This document shows positions 49,403-59,300 of a DNA stretch of 64,000 nucleotides, piece by piece; within the stretch, counting starts at the first letter, position 1, and every line of letters starts with the position of its first letter. The translations under genes and the position numbers were made by a program. The DNA lies in contig CAWBOD010000012.1 of assembly GCA_963790345.1 (NCBI GenBank), positions 10,118 to 74,117 of the forward strand. The letters are read 5' to 3'. This DNA comes from an uncultured Acidimicrobiia bacterium (lineage in GTDB: Bacteria; Actinomycetota; Acidimicrobiia; Spongiisociales; ZC4RG35). The notes beneath the pieces are model-generated. The model did no database searches. It was not told the DNA's origin and saw only the letters and a program-made list of their open reading frames with translations.

Positions 49403-49894
49403 ATGACCGTGACACCGAGATCACTGCGCGGTGCCAATGACACCGTCCTGTCGGGGCTCGACGAGATCGACAAGGCAATCATCCGCCATCTCCAGGAAGA
49501 CGGCCGCATGTCTTATGCGGACCTTGGCCCCGCCGTCGGTTTGTCCCCCGCCGCAGCCCGACAAAGGGTATTGGCATTGTTGGAAACCGGGGTGATGCAG
49601 ATTGTCGCGGTGACCGACCCCATCAAGATGGGATTTCCGGTTCAGGCGATGGTCGGCTTCCGGGTCAGTGGCGACCTGGAATCGATCGCCGGTGAGATCG
49701 GCCGGCTACCTGAGGTCGACTACCTCGTCATCACAACCGGACGCTTCGACCTTCTCGCCGAGATCGTGGCCGAGGACAATGTCCACTTCCTCCGGGTCCT
49801 GAGCTCGATAAGAAACCTGCCGAAGGTCGAAGCCAGCGAAGTCTTCACCTACTTGAGACTGGAGAAGCAGAGCTACGACTGGGGAGCACGGTAG
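49403..49894 (+). CDS. Lrp/AsnC family transcriptional regulator
   Basis: LDEIDKAIIRHLQEDGRMSYADLGPAVGLSPAAARQRV is the HTH. An RAM/ASNC-type C-domain follows. The gene is divergent from gabT. Confidence 0.88.
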   Translation: MTVTPRSLRGANDTVLSGLDEIDKAIIRHLQEDGRMSYADLGPAVGLSPAAARQRVLALLETGVMQIVAVTDPIKMGFPVQAMVGFRVSGDLESIAGEIGRLPEVDYLVITTGRFDLLAEIVAEDNVHFLRVLSSIRNLPKVEASEVFTYLRLEKQSYDWGAR

Positions 49895-49930
49895 CGAGTC
49901 GCATCTCTCACCGGCCGCCTCGATCGCTAC

Positions 49931-51542
49931 TCAGTGGCCCTCGTAAACGACCTTGCCCCCGACGAGGGTCGCCACGACCTTGGCATCCCCTATGGGTCCA
50001 TCGAGGAACGGATCCCGGTCGAAGATCACCAGGTCGGCATCCTTTCCTTCCTCAATCGAGCCGACCCGATCGTCGACACGGTTGATGGTCGCCGAACCAA
50101 GCGTGAACGCGCCGAGAGCCTCGGCAAGGGTCAATGATTCAGCCGGCCAACAGCGGCTCCCCATGCGGTTCTCCGGGTACTCGTCTCGTCACGGCGACCT
50201 CGGCCTGCAGCATCGGATTCGGAGTAGACACGTACCAATCGGACCCCATAACCATTTGTGCGCCTGACCTCATGAGGCGGCCGAAGGGGTACAACCTCTG
50301 CGCCTGCCGTCGGTCGATGAATGGGAGAGTCAACTCGTCCATCTGGGGCTCATGGCATGCCCAATAGGCCTGGGCGTTGGCGGCCACGCGTAGGGAGCGA
50401 AAGCGATCGATGTCGTCTTCGTGGACAAATTGGATGTGGGCAATGTGGTGCATCAATCCGACGTCGCCATTGGTCCGTCTGGCCGTCTCCACGGCGTCAA
50501 GAGCATTTCGAACGGCCCGATCGCCGATCGCGTGGAAATGGCACTGGAAGCCGAGACGGTCGAGATCGGTGACGATCTCGCTCAGCCTGGCGGGTTCGAT
50601 GAAATCGATCCCGGAGTTCCCGGTTTGCTTGCCTTCCCCGTCCTGATAGGGCTCCAGCATCGCCGCGGTGAAGTTCTCGGCCACTCCGTCGAGCATCAAC
50701 TTGACGCTGGTGGGTCGATATCGGGGTCCGACGATGGTGCGACGACCGATCAACTCCTCGACTTGTTCGGACCCCCGGTAGCGATCCCACCAGAGGGCCC
50801 CCACCACGGACGCGATCAGCTCGCCCCGGCCGGCGATCGCAAGGTAAGCGGCCTCTTCGGGGGATTGAACGTCGGCGTCTTGCCAGCCGGTGATCCCCAG
50901 CGCCAGGAGATACTTCTGGCCCGCCAGCAGGGCTTGCTCGAGTTCGGTCGAACCCGGCTCGGGCAGGATCGCCTCGGCGATTGCCATCGCTCCTTCATGA
51001 AGGGTTCCTTGCGGGGAGCCGTCGGACAGTCGCTCGATCCGCCCATCAAATGGATCGGGCGTGCTCCTATCGATCCCGGCCATTTCGAGGGCTTTGGTGT
51101 TCAGCCAGGCCGAGTGGCCATCGCGGTTGTAGAGAAACGCCGGCCGATCCGGAACGATTCGATCGAGGGCGTCGGCGCTGGGCAAGCCGCGCTCGAACCA
51201 GGCCATCGCCCAGCCTCCGCCCCAGATCCACTCCCGCTCGCGGTGCCGGGCCGCATAGGCCGAGATCATGTCGGTGGCCTCGCTCAGGTTGACAGCGTCC
51301 TGAAGAGAGCAGTTCAAAATCTTGCGGCCACCGGAAATGGGATGGACATGAGCATCGATGAATCCGGGTGTCACCAGGCCGCCGCGGGCGTCGACGGACT
51401 CCGTGTCCTTGCCAGCCGTGCGGCGCACCTCGGACATTTCCCCGATCGACAGGATCCGTCCGGCTTCGACGGCAATGGCTCCGTCCACGGGATCGGCCCC
51501 GGTGAAAATCCGAGCGTTGTGGATGAGCAGGTCGGCGGGCAT
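49931..51542 (-). pseudogene. Amidohydrolase-3 (YtcJ-like) metal-dependent hydrolase, one apparent frameshift ~50150
   Basis: ORF 50139..51542 reads LLIHNARIFTG...GGLVTPGFIDAHVHPISGG...FQCHFHAIGDRA. ORF 49931..50164 reads SLTLAEALGAFTLGSATINRVDDRVGSIEEGKDADLVIFDRDPF. Confidence 0.82.
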
Positions 51543-51562
51543 GGAGTCGGGAGGGTACCGCT

Positions 51563-52018
51563 ATGGTCTTGCCGGCTCCCATGATCTTTTCCACCGGGCC
51601 CTATGACGTGGACGACGATCCCGAACGAGTGGACGTTGACGCGGCCTGGGCGTTCCTGTCGACATCGGCCTACTGGGCCACATGGAGAAGACGGAGCGAC
51701 TTCGAAAGTCAGCTCACTTCTGCCTGGCGCGTCGTAGGCGTTTACGAAAGGTCGACCGGGGCGATGGTCGGATTCGCCCGGGCAGTTTCGGACGGTGTCG
51801 GGATGGCCTATCTGGCCGATGTCTTCGTGCTTCCCGAGGCTCGTGGAAGGGGACTGGGCAAGGAGCTGGTCGCAACGATGATCGATCGCGGACCCGGAGC
51901 TGGATTTCGCTGGATGCTCCACACCGCCGATGCCCACGGGCTTTACGATCGATTTGGCTTTCAGCCGGCCGATTCAACCTACCTCGAGCGCCCGCGACCG
52001 GGTAGCGGCCCGACCTGA
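51563..52018 (+). CDS. GNAT family N-acetyltransferase
   Basis: Intact 151-aa ORF. ADVFVLPEARGRGLGKELVATMI...LYDRFGF is the GNAT motif A. Confidence 0.8.
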   Translation: MVLPAPMIFSTGPYDVDDDPERVDVDAAWAFLSTSAYWATWRRRSDFESQLTSAWRVVGVYERSTGAMVGFARAVSDGVGMAYLADVFVLPEARGRGLGKELVATMIDRGPGAGFRWMLHTADAHGLYDRFGFQPADSTYLERPRPGSGPT

Positions 52019-52063
52019 ATCCGTGCGACGCCCAGAGTTCGGGTCACCATCGGGAAGGCCATG

Positions 52064-52139
52064 TGGTGGGCCCGGCAGGGCTCGAACCTGCAACCGACGC
52101 ATTATGAGTGCGCTGCTCTGACCCTTGAGCTACGGGCCC
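52064..52139 (-). tRNA. tRNA-Met (anticodon CAT; elongator-type acceptor stem, Ile2/lysidine identity not excluded)
   Basis: The reverse complement is GGGCCCGTAGCTCAAGGGTCAGAGCAGCGCACTCATAATGCGTCGGTTGCAGGTTCGAGCCCTGCCGGGCCCACCA. It forms a clean cloverleaf with a fully paired 1:72, so it is not an initiator. Confidence 0.9.
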
Positions 52140-52336
52140 GGGATGGGTTGGAAACACGGTGGAAACTCCAGAGTGTCGACGGCCGCTTCGGTGTCAGAGT
52201 AGAGGGAGGACACTGGGGGCGCACCGAGCAAGAAAGGGGCCTCCGGTGTCGTCTGACGTCAGGCGCGAAGGGTGGGACCGTCCGAAGGGAACCGGTCAGT
52301 GGCGGGCTTTGGAATGGGAGGCGGCGATAGCCGAGA

Positions 52337-53137
52337 TCAATGACCCAACCGCACGGGCATCGTAGCCCCGCCGTCGGCGCCGAGGCTGAGGGCAGCGTCC
52401 TCATCGGGAACGGCCGCCCCGCCCGCCATCACCGGAACCCCGCCGAACGATCGACGGACGGCCGTGATAAGGGAGGTAGCGGCCGCCAGGCGATCGGCAT
52501 TGACCACACCAATAGCAATGGCTGAGAGATCTTCGACCTGACGGAGGGCCGCGACCAGCGCTGAAGCCGGAGTGTCGGCGCCCAGATTGAGCACGCGGTA
52601 GCCGTCCGAACGAAGGATGTCAGCGAGCATCGCCAGTCCCAGATGATGACGTTCGCCCTCCGGCATGGCCAGAACCACCGTCCCTTTGGTCCGTCCTCGA
52701 CGGGCGAAGCGGGGTCCGAGGCGGCCGATAACTCCCGCTGCCACAACGCTAGCGAGGTGCTCGTCTTCCACCCCCAACTTGCCGTTCTGCCAGTGGTCCC
52801 CAATGGTGTGAAGAGCCGGGGTGAGAACCTCGCAATAGAAATCCGCCGGGGTCATTCCTGACGCGAACGCAGCCTCGACGACTCCCCAACTCCCCGCTTC
52901 GTCTCCGGCCAGCATCCTGGCCCGCAGTCGATCTCGCCAAGGTGCCGAACGCTTTCGAGAAGGTACGTCGGGGGAGGTATCCAACCGTTCGAGGTCGGTG
53001 AGATCGATTCTCCAATTGGTCCCCACTTTGCGTGCCGGCAGCATGCCGAGGCGGACGTACCTATAAACGGTCATGTAATGGACGCCAAGCTCGTTGGCAG
53101 CTTCCTGCATGCTCAAGTCGGGAGTTGGTGACGGCAC
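52337..53137 (-). CDS. HTH (excisionase/MerR-superfamily) DNA-binding protein fused to a cobalamin (B12)-binding domain, CarH/LitR-like architecture
   Basis: Intact 266-aa ORF. The HTH is MQEAANELGVHYMTVYRYVRLGMLPARKVGTNWRI. The helical B12-binding_2-like region is FYCEVLTPALHTIGDHWQNG. The Rossmann-like B12 domain VVLAMPEGERHHLGLAMLADILRSDGYRVLNLG carries the E-x-H-x-x-G lower-ligand motif. Confidence 0.8.
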   Translation of the reverse strand: MPSPTPDLSMQEAANELGVHYMTVYRYVRLGMLPARKVGTNWRIDLTDLERLDTSPDVPSRKRSAPWRDRLRARMLAGDEAGSWGVVEAAFASGMTPADFYCEVLTPALHTIGDHWQNGKLGVEDEHLASVVAAGVIGRLGPRFARRGRTKGTVVLAMPEGERHHLGLAMLADILRSDGYRVLNLGADTPASALVAALRQVEDLSAIAIGVVNADRLAAATSLITAVRRSFGGVPVMAGGAAVPDEDAALSLGADGGATMPVRLGH

Positions 53138-53190
53138 TCGTGGGATATTATCACTAAACCTGCCGACGCCAGGGATCGGACGATGCTCGT

Positions 53191-53631
53191 CTCAGCGGCC
53201 GACGACCGTTCCTCCCAGCGCCTGGGCCAGGCCGGCCAATGCCTTATCTGTAGTGGGCCGGATGAGCGCCGCCATGAGCGACGTCAGCACGCGAACTTCT
53301 TGAGCTTGCAATCCAGGGAGTAGACGGGGCGCGTCCTGTCACCCTGGTCACTGCGACGGTTTCGGTCCGGTGATGTTTCCCCCTTCGAAGCTCAGCACCA
53401 CCTCCCGGGGCGTTCGAAGTCCCGTGGTCTCGTAGTCGAGCGGCACTGAGCGTCCCACGAACCTAGTGAGAAGTCGATAGCGGGCACCAAGTCCGGCCCC
53501 ATCGCCGGCCGTCTTGTGAAATGCTGACCGTGGCCTGGATCCCACTCGGCGGCGTTGCGGAAATCGGCCATGCAATCGATGACGAATTCATTGGTTTTGG
53601 TGGTTTCAACAATTCCTCGATGGTTAGTCAT
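53191..53631 (-). pseudogene. SRPBCC family protein, at least 3 frame changes
   Basis: MTNHRGIVETTKTNEFVIDCMADFRNAAEWDPG, then AFHKTAGDGAGLGARYRLLTRFVGRSVPLDYETTGLRTPREVVLSFEGGN, then DRTRPVYSLDCKLKKFA, then VLTSLMAALIRPTTDKALAGLAQALGGTVVGR* from my own translation. Confidence 0.6.
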
Positions 53632-53686
53632 GACTACGCCGTCCCTTGTTCGGAGTGTTGAGTTAGTCGGTCCGGGTGGGGCGTCG

Positions 53687-54475
53687 TTAGATGGCCAGAG
53701 TGCCGCCGAAAACCTGCCAGGCAAGGGCCGACTTGGCCAACAGGCTCAAAAGCACGTATGCCCTCTCACCGTGCAAATAGCTGCGCCAGCGACCGATCTG
53801 GCGGTATTGAAGCCACATGTTCAGGGCGAAGACATTGAAGAACACGAACAGCGAGAAGAAGATGCCGTATACAAACCCAGGCGGTTGGGCAGCGCTACCC
53901 GGGGTGAACAGGTACAAGCCAATCGCGATCCAGGGGATGGCGCCTGCCACGGACCCCAGCCAGAACGGCAGCAAGGATCCACCGGGCCGTTCGTACTTCT
54001 CCTGCACCCCCCCGAAGAAGATCATCGAGGCGTTCACGCCGAACAGGGCAATGAGCGCCGAGATGTCGCTGATCCCGGTGAGCATTGCGATCAGGACGAT
54101 CATCACCGAGGAAGAGAGCGAATACTCCACCCACCGGAAGTAGTTGCGGGAGTGGGCAAGGCCGTTGCGGTAGCGCTCGAAGAAACCGCGCCAAGAAATC
54201 AGCATGTGAAAGCCGGCCGACAGGAACAGGAAGATCGCCACTCCCCAAGCGATCGACACATCGGCGAGCCGAATCGGGTCGGCGGAGAGAGAGCCGGGAG
54301 GACCCTCCAGAAAGGTGCCGGTCACCGGGAGTGTGAAGGAATTTCCGAGAACCAAGATCGCCACACCCTGCACAGCGTGGAAGACGCCCATGGCGACGTT
54401 GTACAGGCGCAGCCGGGCCATTATCCCGGGCCGGTCGGTCTCAGTGGTGGCCTTTGCAGTGATCATTGCGGTCAA
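53687..54475 (-). CDS. Heliorhodopsin (7-TM retinal protein, inverted topology family)
   Basis: Intact 262-aa ORF with strong similarity to my recollection of heliorhodopsin 48C12. The matching stretches are [126 protein letters not shown] and [30 protein letters not shown]. The candidate Schiff-base Lys codon is at 53734-53732. The counter-ion Glu is in RWVEYS. Confidence 0.9.
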   Translation of the reverse strand: MTAMITAKATTETDRPGIMARLRLYNVAMGVFHAVQGVAILVLGNSFTLPVTGTFLEGPPGSLSADPIRLADVSIAWGVAIFLFLSAGFHMLISWRGFFERYRNGLAHSRNYFRWVEYSLSSSVMIVLIAMLTGISDISALIALFGVNASMIFFGGVQEKYERPGGSLLPFWLGSVAGAIPWIAIGLYLFTPGSAAQPPGFVYGIFFSLFVFFNVFALNMWLQYRQIGRWRSYLHGERAYVLLSLLAKSALAWQVFGGTLAI

Positions 54476-54557
54476 CCGTATTTCGAGTTAGTCGGGAGGG
54501 TAGGACCCGGTCGAAACCGGGTTCTACCCTCAGCTTTGCGTCCGGGAGGCGAGGCGA

Positions 54558-55524
54558 TCAGGCAGGAAGGATCACCTGATCGATGACGTGGATTACCCCG
54601 TTGGACGTGAGGATGTCGGTGGTGACGACCTCGGCGTCGTTTATGAACACCTTGCCGTCCTCGACTCGGATCGTGATCGCAGAGCCTTCGACGGTTTGGG
54701 CTGACTCCAGTTCGATCACCTGGTCGGCAGTCACCTGCCCCGCTACCACGTGGTAGAGGAGGATCTGAGTCAGGGCGTCGGTGTCGGCCAACTAAGGCTT
54801 CGAGGGTGCCTGCAGGCAGGTCGGCGAAGGCCTCATCGGTGGGCGCAAAAACGGTGAAGGGACCGTCACCCTTAAGGGTTTCGACCAACCCGGCCGCCTC
54901 GACTGCTGCCAGGAGAGTTGTGAAACCACCAGCTGCCTGGGCTGTTTGGACGATGTCGCCCATTTCCGCCGCGGCACTCATCGAGGGCGGCAAGATCACT
55001 TGGTCGATGATATGGATAACTCCGTTGGAGGCGGCGATGTCCGTCGTGACCACATTGGCCTCGTTGACCTTGACCGATTCCCCCTCGACTGTGATGGCGA
55101 TGTCCTCGCCCTGAACAGTGGTGGCGCTGTCGAGACCGATCACATCGGAAGCCAGTACCTCACCCGAGACCACGTGGTATAGCAGCACGTCGCTCAGTGC
55201 CTCAGTGTCGGCCAATAGAGCTTCGAGAGTGCCCGCAGGAAGGGCGGCGAATGCCTCGTCCGTTGGCACGAAGACGGTGAACGGGCCATCACCCTGGAGG
55301 GTGTCGACCAGTCCCGCCGCCTCGACTGCCGTGAGGAGAGTCGAGAAATTCCCTGCTTCCGTGGCGACTCCAACAACGTCGGCCATCTCAGGCTTCATCG
55401 CGTCTGTCGTCGAGGTGGCCGGAGCCGCAGTGGTGGCGGTAGTCGAGGTCGTGGTGGCTGTGCTGCCACAGGCCGCTGCCACCAGGGCGAACACGGTCAA
55501 CAAGAGAATTGCGGTACGTTTCAT
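54558..55524 (-). pseudogene. Fasciclin (FAS1) domain lipoprotein, two FAS1 repeats, one apparent frameshift ~54790
   Basis: [21 protein letters not shown] is the lipobox. The pattern [39 protein letters not shown]...LLYHVV...[13 protein letters not shown] occurs twice. The end of the second repeat is in ORF 54558..54791. Confidence 0.85.
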
Positions 55525-55887
55525 GTGCTTTTCCTTTCGTTTTGAGAAGCAAGGACAGTTTTAGTACTAAATCGACCCTTATGTCAAGTCGAAGGATTGG
55601 GATTGGTGGGAGAAAGGCCGATCCGGGTACGCCGGCCCGGGAAAGCCCGACGCCATAAGTGACGATGCGGATGACTAGGTAGGGCGGGCGCCGCGGTACC
55701 TGTCGACAAGAGGTCGTGTCTCTGTCCGATTCGATCCGGCAAGACGACGGGTCGAATTCCTGGCGCAATCGGCAGAGGTCGGCATTTCGAGAACCTGCGC
55801 GACTACACCTACAAGCGACACCTGAGACTCGAGATCGAAGCGGTCCCGACGAGTCAGTCGCGAGTCTGGCCGACCCGGTCGGGCAGG

Positions 55888-55917
55888 AGGTCTGATGATT
55901 CGAGGTCTGATGATTCG
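55888..55917. repeat. Perfect tandem duplication of a 15-bp unit
   Basis: AGGTCTGATGATTCG occurs twice in tandem, inside an otherwise unassigned ~850-bp region. Confidence 0.9.
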
Positions 55918-56209
55918 AACTTCCGGGTGAAGTAGGCATCGATCGGACTGTTTCCCCACGCGGTGCTTTCGTGCAGGTCCCAATAGGGACGGCTCAGAAG
56001 CTGGCAACCAGGCGGTGGTTTAGTCGACGTCTGGTTGGCTTTCCCGAAGTTCCACCCGACGACATCTGTGCGGCATCCAACGGAACAGGTTCGGGCAGAG
56101 CCAAAGAGTCTGGGGGTGGGCATAGAACTGTATCGGCCCCGCCCGTCCCGTCCTCTAAGGACTGAAGGGTGGCTTCAGCTGGCGATCGGCTCTAAGTCTT
56201 AGCACGGCC

Positions 56210-56340
56210 CTGCGAGTGGGCAAGGAGAGCGAAGTGGCATTGCGTCCTGGTAGAGGTAACAGGTCGCCGCCCATGCGTTGGGCGAGTTTGCGTGAGATGG
56301 AAAGGCCGAGCTCGATCGTTTCCGTTCCCGCGCTTGCTTC
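56210..56340 (-). pseudogene. Possible orphan fragment of a histidine kinase HATPase_c C-terminus
   Basis: ORF 56155..56487 contains GTETIELGLSISRKLAQRMGGDLLPLPGRNATSLSLP. This resembles the G2-box/C-terminal strand of a sensor kinase, but no H-box or N-box lies upstream. Confidence 0.3.
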
Positions 56341-56374
56341 ATGCCACCTCGGATCGGGGCACCGCATCGGGTCC

Positions 56375-59300
56375 CTAGTTCGGGACGATTCCGTCCACTG
56401 CCAGAACACGGGTGAGGAACAGGGCCATCTGCCAACGAAGAACGCTGTTCTCCGGTCCGTAGGTTGTGGCGCTCGTTCCTTCAGCAATACCGAGCGTTAC
56501 CAATTGGTCGATAGCGTCCGTGGCTTCCGTGCTTTGGAGAGTCAAGTCGTTGAATCGCGTCGACCCGAATGGTGCCGGTAGGGGCGTTCCCACCACCGCC
56601 ACCGAACGGACCAGGAACAATGCCATCTCCCATCGGGAGACCGGTGTGTTCGGGGAGAACGAATCGACTCCGGTGCCCAGGGTGATCTTTAGTTGGGCCA
56701 AGCGGTTGATGGCGTCTCTGGTCTCCTGGTCGAAGCCGCCAATGTCGTTGAAACCCTGGTCGATCGAGGTTGGCGGCAACATCCCGCTTGTCCGCAGGTG
56801 ACGATTCAGGAAGAGTGCCATCTGCCATCGCGGGACCGTCCCGTTCGGGTTGAACGTCACTTCGGTCGTCCCGTTCGAGATTCCAAAGGCGAAGATGCAG
56901 TCGATGGCCCGGATGATCGTCTCGTCGAAGCCGGCGAGATCCTCAGAGCCGGAACTCGCGATCGAATCCGGACACACAGCCGAGGTGTCAACCAAACCCG
57001 TCCCTGCGGGTGCAACAACCACTCCTGCCACCTCCGCCTCCACCTCCGCCTCCGCCCACGACGGCGGTGTCGTTGTCGGTGTTGGACACTGAGACGTCGG
57101 CCGGGTCGATCCCGGTGTAGTCGCCACCGGCTGCGGTGGCCAGGACGATCGAGTAGACGACATCACCATCATCGACCAGGTCGTCGACGCCGGTCACGGT
57201 CACCGTCTGAACCGTCGCCCAGTTAGAAGTAGAGAAGGTCAGCAAGCCGGTAGAGACGGTTCCCTCAGAGGTATTCGAACTCGACACCCCCACCGTCACC
57301 GCCACCGACGGCTGCGTATTCAAGACCACAGTAAAAGTGGAAGCGGCTCCCGCCTCCGAAGTCGGCCCCGACAAAACGCCCACCGTTATCCCCACGGTGT
57401 CGTTGTCGGTGTTAGTCACCGACACGTCGGTCGGGTCGATCCCGGTGTAGCCGCCACCGGCCGCGGCGGCTAGAACGATCGAGTAGGCCACGTTGCCGTC
57501 GGTGGTCGCATCGTCGGCGCCGGTCACAGTCACCGTCTGGGCCGTGGCCCAGTTGACCGTACTGAAGGTCAGCTGACTGGTAGAGACGGTCCCCTCGGTC
57601 GTATCGCTACTCGACACCCCGACCGTCACGTCGTTGGTTGGTTGCGCTGTCAATAGAACTGTGAAGGTGGCCGACCCACCGGCTTCGGTCGTCGACCCCG
57701 AAATGGCCCCCACTGTCACCCCGGCGGTGTCGTCGTCGGTGTTGGACACTGAGACGTCGGCCGGGTCGATCCCGGTGTAGTCGCCACCGCCTGCGGTGGC
57801 TAGGACGATCGAGTAGACGACATCACCATCATCGAGGAAATCGTCGGCCCCGGTCACGGTCACCGTCTGGGCCGTGGCCCAGTTGGAGGTGCTGAAGGTC
57901 AGCAGACCGGTAGAGACGGTCCCCTCGGTCGTGTCGCTGCTCGAGACGCCAATCGTCACCGTGACAGTCGGCTGGGTGTTAAGCACGACGGTGAAGGTGG
58001 AGGTAGCTCCCGACTCGGCAGTGGGGCCCGATATGACACCCACAGTCACTCCCACCGTGTCGTTGTCGATGTTGGTCACTGACACGTCCGCCGGGTCGAT
58101 CCCGACGTAGTCGCCGCCAGCCGCGGTCGCCAAGGCGATCAGGTAGGTGATGTTGCCATCGGTGATCGCATCGTCAACGCCGGTTACTGTCACCGTCTGC
58201 GCCGTCGCCCAGTTGACGGTGGAAAAAGTCAGCAGACCGGTTGAGACGGTCCCCTCGGTGGCGTCGCTGCTCGATACGCCAATCGTCACCGGGGCCGACG
58301 GCTTCGAGTTCAGAACGACCGTGAAGGTGGAAGTGGACCCGGCCTCCGTGGTCGGCCCTGAGATGGCGCCCACCGTCACGCCTACCGTGTCGTTGTCGGT
58401 GTTGGACACGGACACGTCCGCCGGGTCGATCCCGACGTAGTCGCCACCAGCTGCGGTCGCCAGGACTATCGAGTACGTGATATCCCCGTCATCGAGGAAG
58501 TCGTCGACGCCGGTCACGGTCACCGTTTGGGGGGTGGCCCAGTTGACGGTACTGAAGGTCAGCAGACCGGTAGAGACGGTCCCCTCGGTCATGTCTGAGC
58601 TCGACAGGCCAATCGTCACCTCGCCCGTTGGCTGCGAAGCCAACACAACTGTGAAGTTAGAAGTACCGGCCGCTTCGGTGGTTGGCCCCGAGATGGCACC
58701 CACCGTCACCCCGACCGTGTCGTTGTCGATGTTGGTCACTGACACGTTCGCCGGGTCGATACCCGGTGTAATCACCACCGTCGGCCGGGGCGAGGGTCAC
58801 GGTGTAGGCGACGTCCCCGTCATCAAGGAAGTCGTTCACACCGGTCACGGTCACCGTTTGGGGAGTCGCCCAGTTGGAGCTGGTGAAAGTCAGCAGACTG
58901 GTAGAGATGGTTCCCTCGGTGGTGTCGCTGCTCGACACTCCGATCGTCACCGTGGCCGACGGCTCCGAGGTCAGAACGACCGTGAAGGTGGCAGTGGTCG
59001 CAGCCTCGGTGGTCGGCCCTGAGATGGAGCTCACCGTCACGCCAACCTCGCCTGCACAGGTGGGTTCGAGGAATTCGTTGCCGGAGAAGGTCATGTCACC
59101 CAGAGTGGACAGCGCACGACCGTAAACGTCTGCGCCGGCGCCCACCGTCACGGCGCCCTCGGCCAGGATGTTCCCCCGGAAGATTGCGTTGGCTCCCAAC
59201 GTCACGGCACCCTGAACCTGGAAGAAGACATTGCACTCTTGGGCACTGTCGGTCAACACAACCTGCGCGCCGGCTGCAGCTGTGAAGGCGCCCAAAGTCT

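Noticed and set aside
52251-52260. Perfect palindrome CTGACGTCAG (CRE-like) between the B12-binding regulator and tRNA-Met
   Set aside because: It is a single 10-bp palindrome with no partner site and no gene start nearby, and is too short to distinguish from chance.
52230-52320. Cobalamin riboswitch, considered because GCCCGCCACTG (B12-box-like) occurs on the minus strand next to the B12-binding regulator
   Set aside because: Only this short core resembles the consensus. The flanking GGGAA..CCGGTG and terminal AGTCAGGA..CCTGCC-type elements are not found. The site lies downstream of a stop codon and upstream of a tRNA gene, not in an mRNA leader.
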